Source of the DNA: Paraspadella gotoi
Taxonomy: Eukaryota > Animalia > Chaetognatha
Reading direction: 5' to 3'
NCBI GenBank assembly: GCA_051294375.1
Contig: CM119267.1
Span: 1,766,099-1,830,098, forward strand
Length of the DNA: 64,000 nt
The position numbers and the translations under genes are program-made. Shown here piece after piece: positions 14,640 to 27,707 of the stretch. Numbering within the stretch: position 1 is the stretch's first letter; every line of letters begins with the position of its first letter. A model generated the notes under the pieces. That model was not told where the DNA came from. It ran no database searches and worked only from the letters and a program-made list of their open reading frames with translations.

Positions 14640-16560
14640 TATATAAGAAATTTAAAAAATTAAAAAACTAAAAAAAAGTGTAAATTTAAAAATCGAAGTT
14701 TGCAAAAACTTGAAAGTTTCCTCGATTCATAAAGAGAAAATACTTCTCGTTTCGTGATATTTTCCGGCGTCTCGGTGTCGGTGTGTTCGTCGTCGTGCAG
14801 TTGTCGTCTCTAAAGTCGTTGGCGTCTATTCTCTCACGTTCTTCAAGAATGAAAAGACCAAAAAGATAATTGGAAAAATAAGAAGAAAAAAAATACAAGA
14901 AAGAAACAGAATAAAACAAATAAAACTAAAATATATATAAAAATCCATGGAAAAAAAAAATAAGAAAACAATTTTTGAAAAAAAATTACTATTGACTTAT
15001 AATGATAGCGATAAGAAAAATAAAATTATAACGTATTAGTTAAATATCTTAAGTTTTCATAAACAAAAATAATGCAAAATACGTTGTTTGAAAATAAAAG
15101 AGCCATAATTAATCAAGGCAAACTAAATAAAAAAATCCATATTAAACGGGAGCAATTTTTAAATAACTATTTTGTAAACTTACGTTGGTTAATTTTTTCT
15201 CCTCTCCAAATGTTTTCCATCTTGCTATTATCTTTCTGTTTACACTTCTTCCCTGCTCCTCCTCTTCTCCTTCACTCAATCGCTCTCGCCTTCTCTCCTC
15301 ATTTCTCTCTTCACGTTTTTTTGTTTTCTCTCAAGTGATCCTCCACTTCACCAACGTCTTACACTCTTCATCCTCATCCCCTACGCCATCCCTCTCCTCC
15401 TCTCTCTCTCTCTCTCTTCATCTTCTCTTCTTTCTCGATCTCTTCATCTCATCTCTCTTCCTCTCCTCTCTCTTCACTCTTCTCGATTCTCTCTTCTCTC
15501 TCTCCTCTTTCCTCAAATGGAAAAAATCATTGTCCCCCGCCCACCTCTCGTCGGCGTCCCATGAGACGTGTGAGCTTTGTTGCTTGAGACCTCCATCAAG
15601 AAGGACCAAATCAACATCATAACTCGATTTCTTGCTCCATTCTCTCGCTCTTCTCCTTTCTCTCTTCTCTCTCTCTATCTCTTCCATCCTATGTCTCTCC
15701 CTTCTCCATCCACTTTCTCTCTCTCTCTTCTCTCTCTCTCTCTCTCAGCATTGTTGGTCTCATCGCTCTCCCTCCACTAAACCTTTCCTTCAGTTTTTAT
15801 GTTGTATTTGATTAGAAATAAGTTACAAGAAAGTCGCCAAAGACGGCCCATAAAACATCCCCAGTTATAGATCGAGTTGCATTGGAACCAACACTTTGAT
15901 ATTATTATAAAAAATTATAAAGTGAGCAAAATTCGAACTGGATTTAAGCTGATCCGGATAGTTAATTGTTGGGTTTTCGCGTCCCATCTGGAATAATGGC
16001 AATATTCGAAGCATTGAAATTTCTTAAAGATAAGAATATAATAAAAATGCATCGAAGTATGTTTCAGTTTATTCGCTAATGCTTTGACTTAAGTAAAACT
16101 AATTTTTGGCTTCCACAGATCATTAGCAGCATGGTATTGAATACAATTCATGAATAAAAATCATAAAATCCTTAAGAATAATTCTGCGTCTAGAATAAAA
16201 GTAATTTTCTTTTTTAGCGTTTGTTTTAGCCGAAGAGATCATTAAGTGTTACTTCAATATCTTATAATGCGTTGAACTTCAAGTAATTAAATATACATTA
16301 AGTATAAATATAAAATTATAATAGTAATAAAATAAAAAGTAAAAAAGTACAAAAGTAAAAAAAGTAAAAAAGTAAAGAGTAAAAAGAGTAAGAATGTAAG
16401 AAGATCCAACAAAAAAAATAACCATAGCAGAAGCACAAAAACAAAGGAGACGATGACCACGAGACAACGAGACGACAAACGATGCGAGTCTTCAATGATC
16501 GCTAGCACGATCTTCATAGCACTTTACCCTTTGATTCATTTAGAAAATAAATCTCTCGGT
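14640..16560 (+). other. Indel-rich re-copy of 11325-13960 (probable artefact or alternate haplotype read)
   Basis: Collinear and deletion-biased, lacks the 11771-12360 MITE, and ends at a 25-N gap. Confidence 0.8.
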
Positions 16561-17068
16561 GGGCAGAAGAAGGAAGAAGAANNNNNNNNNNNNNNNNNNN
16601 NNNNNNAAGTAGAGAGAGAGAAGAGAGAGAGAGAGAGAAGAGAGAGAGAAGAGAGATGAGAGAGAGAGGATCGAAGAGAAGAACTTGCTGAACGCGCGCG
16701 TGTTCAGCCAAGAATGAAGGGAATTTAATTCCCTGGGTAGAAGAGTCACCGGGTAGATAAAACGCAGACGATGCTCTCGTGGTCATTGAATAAATACTAC
16801 GTCCGTTCAATCGCCGTGAGCAAACGTAATGATACCAAAAGTTTGAAATATGACGGGAAGAGTTTGTTGTGAAAATATATATATTTGTGAGAAAACTCTG
16901 TACGTTTACATCTATAAGTCATATGTTCGTCGGCCTTGGGTCTCTCTGCCCACTAATGAAAATAAACCGATTATAATTGCCAATGAGTTGGTTGTTCATT
17001 TTGATTGGAAAAATGACTTCTAGCGCCGCCTCTATTGATAATCCTAAAAATAAAAAAACAAAGACTTG

Positions 17069-17103
<35 letters not shown>

Positions 17104-17864
17104 GAAGAAAGTCGGAACAGTCGCGCGTTCAGCAAAGAATTCGAAGGGAATTTAATTCTCTGGTGTCAAAGACAGAGGTCACCGCTTAAAACGCAAAGAC
17201 CGAATTCGTCGTTGGTCATTGGCAATAAATAATAGTCCGGTTTCAAATGACCGTGAGCAAACGTAAATGATACCAAAGAAGTTTTGAATATGATCAGAGA
17301 GTTTGTGTGAAAATATATATTTAGTGAGAAAACTTCTGTACGTTTTACGATTCTATAAGTCACTTTTCGGTCGGCCTGTGGGTCTCTCCCACCACTAATG
17401 AAAAAAACGATTATAATTTGCCAATAGTTGGTTGTTCATTTGTTATGTTTGGAAAAAAAGTGACTTCTAGCGCCGCCTTCATGAAATCCTAAAACAATAA
17501 AAAAAACAAAAGACGTTGCCGGTGCAGTGCTTGTCATAAATACACAGGCTAAGAAAGTTATTGTAGTAATTCAGTCATGTCATGTTACGTAATGTCATGT
17601 CATGTCACGAGAAATAGACGTGATAAGGCAGTCACTGAGGCGGAACACATTTGAATTACTGTTCTTGTTTCTGTATAATTTTCGTGTATTTACTATTTTA
17701 ATATGATTTTTTGTCTAATATAGCTTTTTTATTAAATGAATGCATAATTTTTATATTGGTTGTAACAATTTCATGTATAAATTAGAGAAAAAAGCCTTTC
17801 TGAGCAGGTTGCTGATAAAAGTGATTTAAAATTTTACATTGAGATAGCTTAAATCATGGTATTG

Positions 17865-18115
17865 TGGTGGTATATTCACACCGCCTCACGTCCACCATCC
17901 TTCAGCCAAATCCATTGGCTCAGAGGGGGAACACACCATCCCAGGCGTAGTGTTCCATCCACAGTCCTAACGACTTCCCTCTGCGTTGGCAAAGCGAGAC
18001 CGTCCTAGGGTAACCGCGCCAGTGACTGGAGGCGTCACTAAGGGTCGGAAGCCCCCAAAGCCAAAAGAGAGATGCCCCATCCCAATGGGCATCACAGGCA
18101 ACCCGGCTTTTGCCA
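17865..18115. other. GC-rich multi-hairpin island (structured RNA or retroelement 5' UTR fragment)
   Basis: Stems agccaa/ttggct (17904-17920), ggaacac/gtgttcc (17928-17956), agtgac/gtcact (18021-18039), gatgccc/gggcatc (18071-18093) and tggcaaa/tttgcca (17987 with 18115), in AT-rich flanks. Confidence 0.45.
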
Positions 18116-20109
18116 TAGTATAATCGATTCTAAATAAAATAAACTTATTAAATCCTATTTTCTATTAAGTATTGTGAAAAAAAAGCCTTTTTAACTAAAA
18201 TGAGAAATGGAACGGATCCTTTTATCACTCGTATACTTTTAGTCCTTTTCTTACTGAATTAACTCATGTTCTCACTTTTGCCCTTATCTTTGCCCTCACC
18301 TTTTCCTTTGCCCTCACCCCTGCCCTAAAACTTCACCCTCTCGTCTCTGCAGAAGACAATTCGATTAGGAATCAGTTATTTCGTCATAAAAGAAAAAAAG
18401 TTGACCCAGAAAAGAGAGAACTCCTCATCCAATTATGGATACTTTGAACGTTGACAATGAGAGAGAGAGAGAGAGAGAGATCAATCGTAATATCGGAAAG
18501 GCTGTCCTCGGTCCCAAGAGCCCACTATGCATGAGGAAATTCAAATGAAACAAACCCGGGAAAAAGAACACGAATGAATCCATATCGATAGACGAAGTTG
18601 ATGTACTAGTAATTGATTGAGGTAATACTAAGTTGATTGATGTAATGGAAGATGTTAATGCTCGTTATTTATCTGTGTAATAGGATTGATTATATGATTC
18701 GATGATTAAAATCAATTATTGATGCGATGATAGTCATTCCACTGCTGGACGATATCATTTCAGGTGATCGATGATTGTCGATTTCATTGAGTTTACGATG
18801 ATTGTCATTCATTGGACTTGCCTGCAGTTGATAGTCAATATAAACAAACAGATATTGCGTGTTATGAGTGTGTTTTTTTTTTCTGTTTTGCGAAAGAGGC
18901 AGGGAGAGAGAGAGAGACGAGAGAGACAAAGAGAGACGAGTAGAGCGAGGAAAGAAAGTAGAGAGAAGAGGACGAAGAGGGGAGAGATAGAAAGAGAGAC
19001 GAGCATGGATGAGGAGGAGGATAGAACATATCGGGAATATACGAGTACATATATAAGTTCCACGGAAAAAGATACTCTCAATGGAATAAATATGGCGGAA
19101 TTTTGTAGTTGAAAAAAAGCGCGGAATAATGGGCAATAATAAAAGTTTTTAGACAGGAAAAAAATAATCAGATTTTCAAAAAACAAAACGATCACGCAAC
19201 AAGGAATCGGACACGGAGTAGGGAACAGACACACACAGAGCCAGACAGAGAGCACAGATGAGAGACGAGAGAAACGAAGAAGAGAGCAGACAGCCGCTGC
19301 TAGAGAAAAAGAGACAGAGAAAGAAGAGAGAGAAAAGGAGCTCGATATGATAATAATATAAAGAGAGAGAAGAGAGAGAAGCTCTTACGACCAGCCCCTT
19401 TACCCGGGTAGAAGAGACATCGAAGCAAGTGACAGAAAGTACTTTATTGGCATGCGCGCCTCCATCAGTAGCGAGCCTATTCATCTCCCAATGGACGGGT
19501 TCGCCGCCCTCTAGTCGCAGGGGCATACGATTTTATTTCATTCATATTAACTAACCCATCATCATCATCATACTCAAAATTTTTCGTAAAAAAAGATAAA
19601 AGAGAGGAGAGAGAACGAGAGGACAAATACATGAAGAATGATGCAGAAATAGGGAAGGAAAAGCGGACACGCTGCAGACCGGAACCTTTAGAAAAAGTAC
19701 GGAAAGAGAGGAAGAACGAATATTTAACAACGTTATGTTTCGTTAAATACATAAAACAATACGAAATTCGATATGAAACATAATGTAAAGATCTTGAGAT
19801 TGATATAGAAAACCATTTGAATTGCCAAAATCCAATAAATATCACACTTTCAGACCATATTCAAATACAGACAGCAAACCAAAAAATCTAACAGGACGCG
19901 CTTTGCCCGCCGGCCGTATGAGAAGGTTTATAAGAAAAAACATTAATTAACGTCCGCTCAATTTAAGATCATCATATACAAAGTACGAATATAATTAAAT
20001 ACTATTAAATTAATACTAAATTAAAATAATCTATTAATACTTAAGTAACTATCTATTAATTAATAATCCAATAAATACATATCAGCAGATCCACAATTTT
20101 TGCTCAAAT

Positions 20110-20898
20110 TGTTAAGTATTGTAGCTTCTTATTTTTATATTAATTCTGGGCCCAAAAAAATTATGTACTTTGTAACGCACTGGGAAGTCATGTCTACACT
20201 TCACAGTCCTGACTATATTTAATCTGTGTGTAACAATGTCTATACCTTAATGTAAAAAATAAGATAGATGCTCTTTTACAAATGTATAAATTTCAGCGGA
20301 AAATCATTTCTCTAAAAGAATAGATGAAAATGGACGATCGAGATCGAATGAACAAGGAGCGAAGATAAGAGCCAGAGAGAGAGAGAGAGAAGAAAGAGAG
20401 AGGAGAGAGATGAGCGAGAGAGAGAGGGAGAGAAGACAGATAGAGATTCTTTACCTTGCGAACAAGCTCACAAGGACACTATACCTCGAAAAAATCAGCG
20501 AAAAAAAAAACTTTTATTTGTTTTTTTGATTAGTTTTTTTTTATTTTTTTTTTTTTTTTTGTCTCCGAGGAAAAAAAAGATTTTTCTTCTTCCCTACAAT
20601 CCCCTCTTTTTGGTCTACGGATGCAAACCTCTTACAAGCGTATCATTTATAAGAAACTTAGTTAATTCGAGTGCAAGCGCCATTGCTTGCAGCTATACCA
20701 AATCAAAGGCCACTATTTTCTTGACATTTTTTTTTGTTGACAAATAATTCTTCATCCCCACCTGCACTGTGACAAACACCGCATGCCATCCTTGGCCAAG
20801 GGCGCCCCTTAGCAGGCACACGCACCACAGCTAGCGATCCTCTCTATCTCCAAACTCTTCGTCTTTCAAAGAACATGAGAACGCGGTCTATGAGAGAG

Positions 20899-20937
<39 letters not shown>

Positions 20938-21234
20938 GAGAGAGAGAGCAGAGAGAGAGAGATGGGCTAGTCGAGATCGGCGAGGCCCTAAGAAGGGCCT
21001 CCTTGGCGAGAGAACAGTTACCAACATTTATGACACAGAGTCCAATCTCTCTCTCTCTCTCTTCTCGTCCTCTCTCTCTCTTCTCTCTCTCTCTCCTCTT
21101 CTCTCTCTTTCTCCTCTCTTCTGGCAGATCCGACCGCTGCCCTCAAACGGTATTATTAAAAAATCATTTATTCCTTTTTTTCTTTTATTTTTTTCACCTC
21201 TCCATTTCTCTCTCTCTCCTTCTCTCTCTGGCTC

Positions 21235-21276
<42 letters not shown>

Positions 21277-21413
21277 CTCTTCTAATTCTTGTTTGCCTGT
21301 TCCCGATTCTGTAATTCTTATTCTCTTTTCTCTTCACTGAGTCTTCTCTTTCCTCTCATCTATTACCTCTCTTCTCCTCTCTCCTCCTNNNNNNNNNNNN
21401 NNNNNNNNNNNNN

Positions 21414-21446
<33 letters not shown>

Positions 21447-22200
21447 CCTCTCAAGAGGTCTTGAGAAGAGAGTTGGAGAATGAGAGGCGTCGCTTGCTGG
21501 AGGGTGCTTGCAAGGAGATGGGGTGTTTGTCACAGGGTTCAGGAGGGATGAAGAAATTATTGCAAACAAAAAAAATGTAAGAAAAAGTGGCCTTTGATTT
21601 ATAGTCTGCAAGCAATGGCTGCTTGCACCGATTAAACTAAGTTTCTTAATAAAATTGATCGCTTGTAAGAGGTTTGCTCGTCAGACCAAAAGAGGGCGAT
21701 TGTGGGAAAGAAGAAAAACTTTTTTTTCTCGGAGACAAAAAAAAAANNNNNNNNNNNNNNNNNNNNNNNNNNNNNNNNNNNNNNNNNNNNNNNNNNNNNN
21801 NNNNNNNNNNNNNNNNNNNNNNNNNNNNNNNNNNNNNNNNNNNNNNNNNNNNNNNNNNNNNNNNNNNNNNNNNNNNNNNNNNNNNNNNNNNNNNNNNNNN
21901 NNNNNNNNNNNNNNNNNNNNNNNNNNNNNNNNNNNNNNNNNNNNNNNNNNNNNNNNNNNNNNNNNNNNNNNNNNNNNNNNNNNNNNNNNNNNNNNNNNNN
22001 NNNNNNNNNNNNGTAAAAAGCAAGATTACTTATTTTATTTTATTTACTAAATAAAGGTATAACATTTATTTACACACAGATTAAAAATAGTCAGGATGTT
22101 GAATGTATCACATGACACTCAGTGCGTTTAAAAAAATACCAGAAATTTTTTGGGCCCCAATAATAATAAAAAAAAATTAAAAGCTACTAATACTTATAAA
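20110..22200. other. Inverted duplication: 20110-20880 versus 21450-22200 around a 25-N gap (probable artefact)
   Basis: For example aaatcaaaggccactattttctt (20701) versus aagaaaaagtggcctttgattt (21579), and aatctgtgtgta versus tacacacagatt. Confidence 0.8.
21456..21576 (+). CDS. Possible isolated coding exon of an unidentified gene (VLRRELENERRRLLEGACKEMGCLSQGSGGMKKLLQTKK)
   Basis: Follows a long CT tract plus AG, has an open frame and ends at a GTAAG donor. No recognisable homology. Confidence 0.25.
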
Positions 22201-22844
22201 AAATGTTTTAGTTCCATGACCTTTTTCCAAAGAGCCCCAGTCCCCCGGGTCTGTGGAGGTCATTTACGAACGCTGTTCATTTGTTCATTCGATCCTTGAT
22301 TCACGTCTCAACGTCATCTTTTTTTTAATCACATTTTCTTTTCGAGAATCTTAAAAAAGTATTTACTATATATGTTTACTAAATAATTAATTATTAATAA
22401 TTGTGTATAATTAATGTTACGCCGGTCATGATTCGACACGACCGTGGCCGTCAGACCCGACGACGGGAGATATCCGCGTCGTGCCTCGCCCGTTTTACGC
22501 GAAGAAAAATATCGAATGTGAAGACGATATCATGATTATTTTTTACTTTAGAACGTCGCGGGAGGCAAAATTGAGTTGCTTCGAGAGCCCCGGACGTACA
22601 CGTTTTTAACCATATATTGGTGGTTTATATTTTAAGCTCGTTTTTAACCTCACGTTTTATCTTTTTAAACTCGATAATTTCGCGTCGTAATTTTCTCATA
22701 AAAAAATTTTAAAATTCGATTGAGAAAAAAAAAATTAAAATTCTGGAAAGAAATTTATAATAAATAAATTCACACTTTTTCTTTCCCACAATCTGATTTT
22801 GTATTATTCTCTCGGTGCTAACGTCAATGAACAAACAGAATGAG

Positions 22845-22879
<35 letters not shown>

Positions 22880-23267
22880 NNNNNNNNNNNNNNNNNNNNN
22901 NNNNNNNNNNNNNNNNNNNNNNNNNNNNNNNNNNNNNNNNNNNNNNNNNNNNNNNNNNNNNNNNNNNNNNNNNNNNNNNNNNNNNNNNNNNNNNNNNNNN
23001 NNNNNNNNNNNNNNNNNNNNNNNNNNNNNNNNNNNNNNNNNNNNNNNNNNNNNNNNNNNNNNNNNNNNNNNNNNNNNNNNNNNNNNNNNNNNNNNNNNNN
23101 NNNNNNNNNNNNNNNNNNNNNNNNNNNNNNNNNNNNNNNNNNNNNNNNNNNNNNNNNNNNNNNNNNNNNNNNNNNNNNNNNNNNNNNNNNNNNNNNNNNN
23201 NNNNNNNNNNNNNNNNNNNNNNNNNNNNNNNNNNNNNNNNNNNNNNNNNNNNNNNNNNNNNNNNNNN

Positions 23268-23305
<38 letters not shown>

Positions 23306-24935
23306 TATTTTTGAGATAAAAATTTGGCAAAACTGAAAACAATTATTTTCAAAAATATTAACGAATTTCGAACTTCTGATGATAAATCGTATATTGACTG
23401 ACTGACAGACTAATTGACAGACTCACTGAAGAACTGATAGACTGACCGACTGAGTGACAAAGAAACAAAACATTTTCTTACTTTAGTTTCGACGCAGGAA
23501 AACAATAAAAAAACAAAAACAAAAACAAGAACATCAACCAACGGAAACACGACGACGATGACGATGACGATGACGATGACGACGATGAAGCTTCATGTCG
23601 CGCAACTGCGGAAAGAGGATGGCAAGAGAGATTGCAAGATATTGCAATAAATGGTAATAGAAATGAGGCAAATGGTAACCACTAACCAGGTCTGCAGACT
23701 CTCCCCTGCGACAGGGACATCGGTCGCCGCCGCAAAAAGCAGCAGCCGTCGACGCGGGAAAGCTGCGCGGAGAGAAAGGCAGAGCGATCGGTCGGTTTGT
23801 CGGCCGGTTTGTCGGTCAGTCAGTCAGTTGATACGTATTGAATAGAAATTAATGTGATAGCGATGCAAAGTAAAATGCAAATTAAGAATAGCACACCCAA
23901 TTATCGTTATTAAGGGTACATTGTCCGTCCCTAGTCAGGAGGCAAGAAAGCTTGGTTTATAGATTAATGGATAACGTTTTATTGTTGTTTTAAAATCATG
24001 TTAATGTTTGATGTATTTTTCTTTTTTTCCCCTTTTCTGACGGACACAAAGTTTTGCATTAAAACGAAGCAAAGAATCAAGATTTGGGGAAAACAAATTT
24101 ACTTTTCAGATGAAATCGATTCGAAATGCAGCGAATCTGAATCCAATGTCGAGAAACAAACAAAACAAGAAACAAGAAAACAAACAAAGAGAAAAATAAA
24201 CAAAACAGAAACAAGAAAACAAACAAAGAGAAAAACAAACAAATTAAGGTCAACGGAGACGAAACGCAAACGGAGAAGAAGGCGACAAATTTAAGAGAAG
24301 AAAATTAGAAGGACAAAGTAGATGAAGAGATAAGGGTTTTCATGGAAAGGACAAGGTCAAAGGACAAGACAAGTAGAAAGAGAAGAGATGAGGGTTTTCA
24401 TGGAAAGGACAGGGAATACAATTTAAGAATAATATTAAAATAGAAAGGAATATAAGAGAAGAGAAAGAAAAAAAGAGAAAAAAAGAAAAGTTATANNNNN
24501 NNNNNNNNNNNNNNNNNNNNNNNNNNNNNNNNNNNNNNNNNNNNNNNNNNNNNNNNNNNNNNNNNNNNNNNNNNNNNNNNNNNNNNNNNNNNNNNNNNNN
24601 NNNNNNNNNNNNNNNNNNNNNNNNNNNNNNNNNNNNNNNNNNNNNNNNNNNNNNNNNNNNNNNNNNNNNNNNNNNNNNNNNNNNNNNNNNNNNNNNNNNN
24701 NNNNNNNNNNNNNNNNNNNNNNNNNNNNNNNNNNNNNNNNNNNNNNNNNNNNNNNNNNNNNNNNNNNNNNNNNNNNNNNNNACGACGACGACGACGACGA
24801 CGACTATAAAGACGATGATGAAGACGACGACGACGACGACTGAAAAGACGATGAGGATGAAGACGACGACAATGACTAACTTATAATTTTTAAGACATTT
24901 AAACACAAAGCTCATGAAAAAAAATTAACGGCAAA

Positions 24936-24998
24936 GACATGGCGATGACATGGCGATGACATGGCGATGACATGGCGATGACATGGCGATGACATGGC
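24936..24998. repeat. 11-bp tandem repeat (GACATGGCGAT), ~5.5 copies
   Basis: Directly visible perfect array. Confidence 0.95.
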
Positions 24999-25198
24999 AT
25001 GTACGACGATGAAACTGAATATTAGATGAAATTCAATTTCACCGACAACGNNNNNNNNNNNNNNNNNNNNNNNNNNNNNNNNNNNNNNNNNNNNNNNNNN
25101 NNNNNNNNNNNNNNNNNNNNNNNNNNNNNNNNNNNNNNNNNNNNNNNNNNNNNNNNNNNNNNNNNNNNNNNNNNNNNNNNNNNNNNNNNNNNNNNNNN

Positions 25199-25234
<36 letters not shown>

Positions 25235-25795
25235 AGAGAGAGAGAGAGAGAGGAGACCGATTAAGCGCTGAGAACTGCCGTCACATTTTAAAAAAAAAAA
25301 GTCTGCAAATTGCAGAACAGAAAATTCTTTAAATTCGATCTTAATCGATTTACATGGTGGATTAGATAGCGAGACAGGAGTTGGCGGTGGGGGCTAAGGG
25401 TGATAGAGGTAGGTGAATGGAGAAGGTGGTTGGGTGACAGGGGGAGAGAGAGGGAGGGAAGTGATGTTCGAGAAGTGGTTGAGTTAAGTGGCGGCGATTG
25501 TCGGCGGGAAACTGAATTGACTGTGAGAATATGTGATGAACATAAAGGGTGTGACTGAGAAAAAGTGAGTGAGAGACAAAATAAGAAAAGAGAAGAGAAG
25601 TAGGAAAGTGAAAGAAAAAAAGAAAAAGAGAAGAAGAAAAAAGAAGGAAAGGAAAGTATATCGAAATGAGAATGGAACGAAAACAATATCTCTCTCTCCG
25701 AGCCTGGATCTCAATTTATATTCTTATTATATAACTTTTTCAGAGTTTAAAGTCGACAACGACGGACGACGACGACAACGACGTCAACGACGACG

Positions 25796-25851
<56 letters not shown>

Positions 25852-27660
25852 TGCTTTCTTCACCTCAATTTCAAACTCCGTTCCAGACCCACGCTTAAAT
25901 CCCCATTCCGATGGAAATTTCCAGCCTCTNNNNNNNNNNNNNNNNNNNNNNNNNNNNNNNNNNNNNNNNNNNNNNNNNNNNNNNNNNNNNNNNNNNNNNN
26001 NNNNNNNNNNNNNNNNNNNNNNNNNNNNNNNNNNNNNNNNNNNNNNNNNNNNNNNNNNNNNNNNNNNNNNNNNNNNNNNNNNNNNNNNNNNNNNNNNNNN
26101 NNNNNNNNNNNNNNNNNNNNNNNNNNNNNNNNNNNNNNNNNNNNNNNNNNNNNNNNNNNNNNNNNNNNNNNNNNNNNNNNNNNNNNNNNNNNNNNNNNNN
26201 NNNNNNCTTCAATTTAGATGCCGATCGCTTTTTTCCTTTTCTCCTTTCCTTTTCTCCTTTTTTCTACTTCCTCCTTCCTTTCCTTTTCTCCTATTTTCTC
26301 CTTCCTTCCTTTTCCTTTTCTCCTTTCCTTTTCTCCTCTTCTCCTTTCTTCCCTTTTCTCTTTTCTTCCTCTTCCTACATTTTTACTATTTTCTTTTTTT
26401 TTTCCTTTCGTGTTTTCTCTTTCCTACCATCCTTTCATTTCTCCTACCTTCCTTCTCCACCTTCTTCTTTTCTCTTTTTCCTCCACTTCCTCCTCCTCTT
26501 CCTCCTCCTCCCCCTCCTTTTCTTCTTCCTCCCGCCTGTCTTCTCCATTCTCGCGCTATTCGTTTTTCGATTTCGTCTTAATTCAAATTTTATTTCGATG
26601 GCGAAGCTGAAAGCCCCTCCAGCTCCACCCACTTTGCCGGAGAGAGAGGAGAGAGAGAAAGAGAGAGAGAAAGAGAGAGAAGAGAGAGAGAGAGAGAGAA
26701 GAGGGTGACGAGATGAGGAGAGACGAGAGAGAAGAGAATCGGAGTGAAGGTTGAGGTAGCGAAACTTTCTTTTAGGCTTGAAACTAATTAAAGTTTCTTT
26801 TATTTTTTAACCTTTTTTCATTTTCGGACAAACAGACAGACAGACAGACAGATAGACGAAGAGACTGAATTTTTGGGGGGCTTAGATACATAAAAGTTCT
26901 TTTCCTTTTGCATTATTATTTTCATACAAACAGACAGTCTCGGGTGGCCATTGTTTAAAACTTATATGAATTTTTCAAATGCTTCCATAGAAAACCTAAG
27001 CGAATGATCGAAAATATAAACGCGTAAAACACTAAATAAGCGACTAAGATAATAAAGTTTAATTAATTAATACGTTTTTTTTTCTTTCCGATGAACTTTG
27101 AAGGCGAACGATTCGTTCTTTGATAAAAATCAAATCTTTAGGAGTTTTAAATTTATTCCACGTCTCATTTTATTTCAATATTTTTTTTTTTCAACTTTTT
27201 TTCTTCAAATTTCGGTCAAAAATGAAAGGAGAAAATTTTGTCTCGACAAAAGGAGAGAAAACTCTGAAGGGAGGCTAAGGTGCTCGAGAAAGAGGTTGGA
27301 TCTATCTTTCTTTCTATCTTTCTATCTTTCATTCTTTCTTTTTTTCAAGGTCTTTCCGCTTCCTTTCCTTTTCGCAAGATTTTCAATCGAGTTTTAGAGA
27401 AAAAGTCATAAACAAAAAAGATACAGACTGACCGACCGACAGACGCGTGTCTTAAAAAGTCTCCTTTTCTACTCGAAGATAAAAATCAATTTACACAGAA
27501 ACACGAGACAAAAATAGCGACATTTCGCTCCAAACTCGCCTGTCTACCATTGGCCCGGGACTCGCCCGTTCAACATTCGGCCGTTCGCCTGAAAAATTCA
27601 CCTGCCGTTCGCCTGTTCGACCTTTGCCTGTCACCTGCCAGTTCATGCCTCGCCTGACGG

Positions 27661-27707
27661 ATGGGGGCGAAAAATTCTAACCGTCGTGGACTGAGGGGAG
27701 ATGATAG
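27661..27707 (+). CDS. SNAP-like exon 1 (MGAKNSNRRGLRGDD), putative start with N-myristoylation motif
   Basis: ATG at 27661 with an in-frame upstream TGA at 27655-27657. Donor AG|GTGATT in phase 2 matches exon 2. This is the least certain exon. Confidence 0.6.

Noticed and set aside
20110-22200. Large inverted repeat as a foldback transposon or palindromic amplification
   Set aside because: One arm is indel-riddled and the centre is a 25-N gap, which is better explained as a read or gap-fill artefact.
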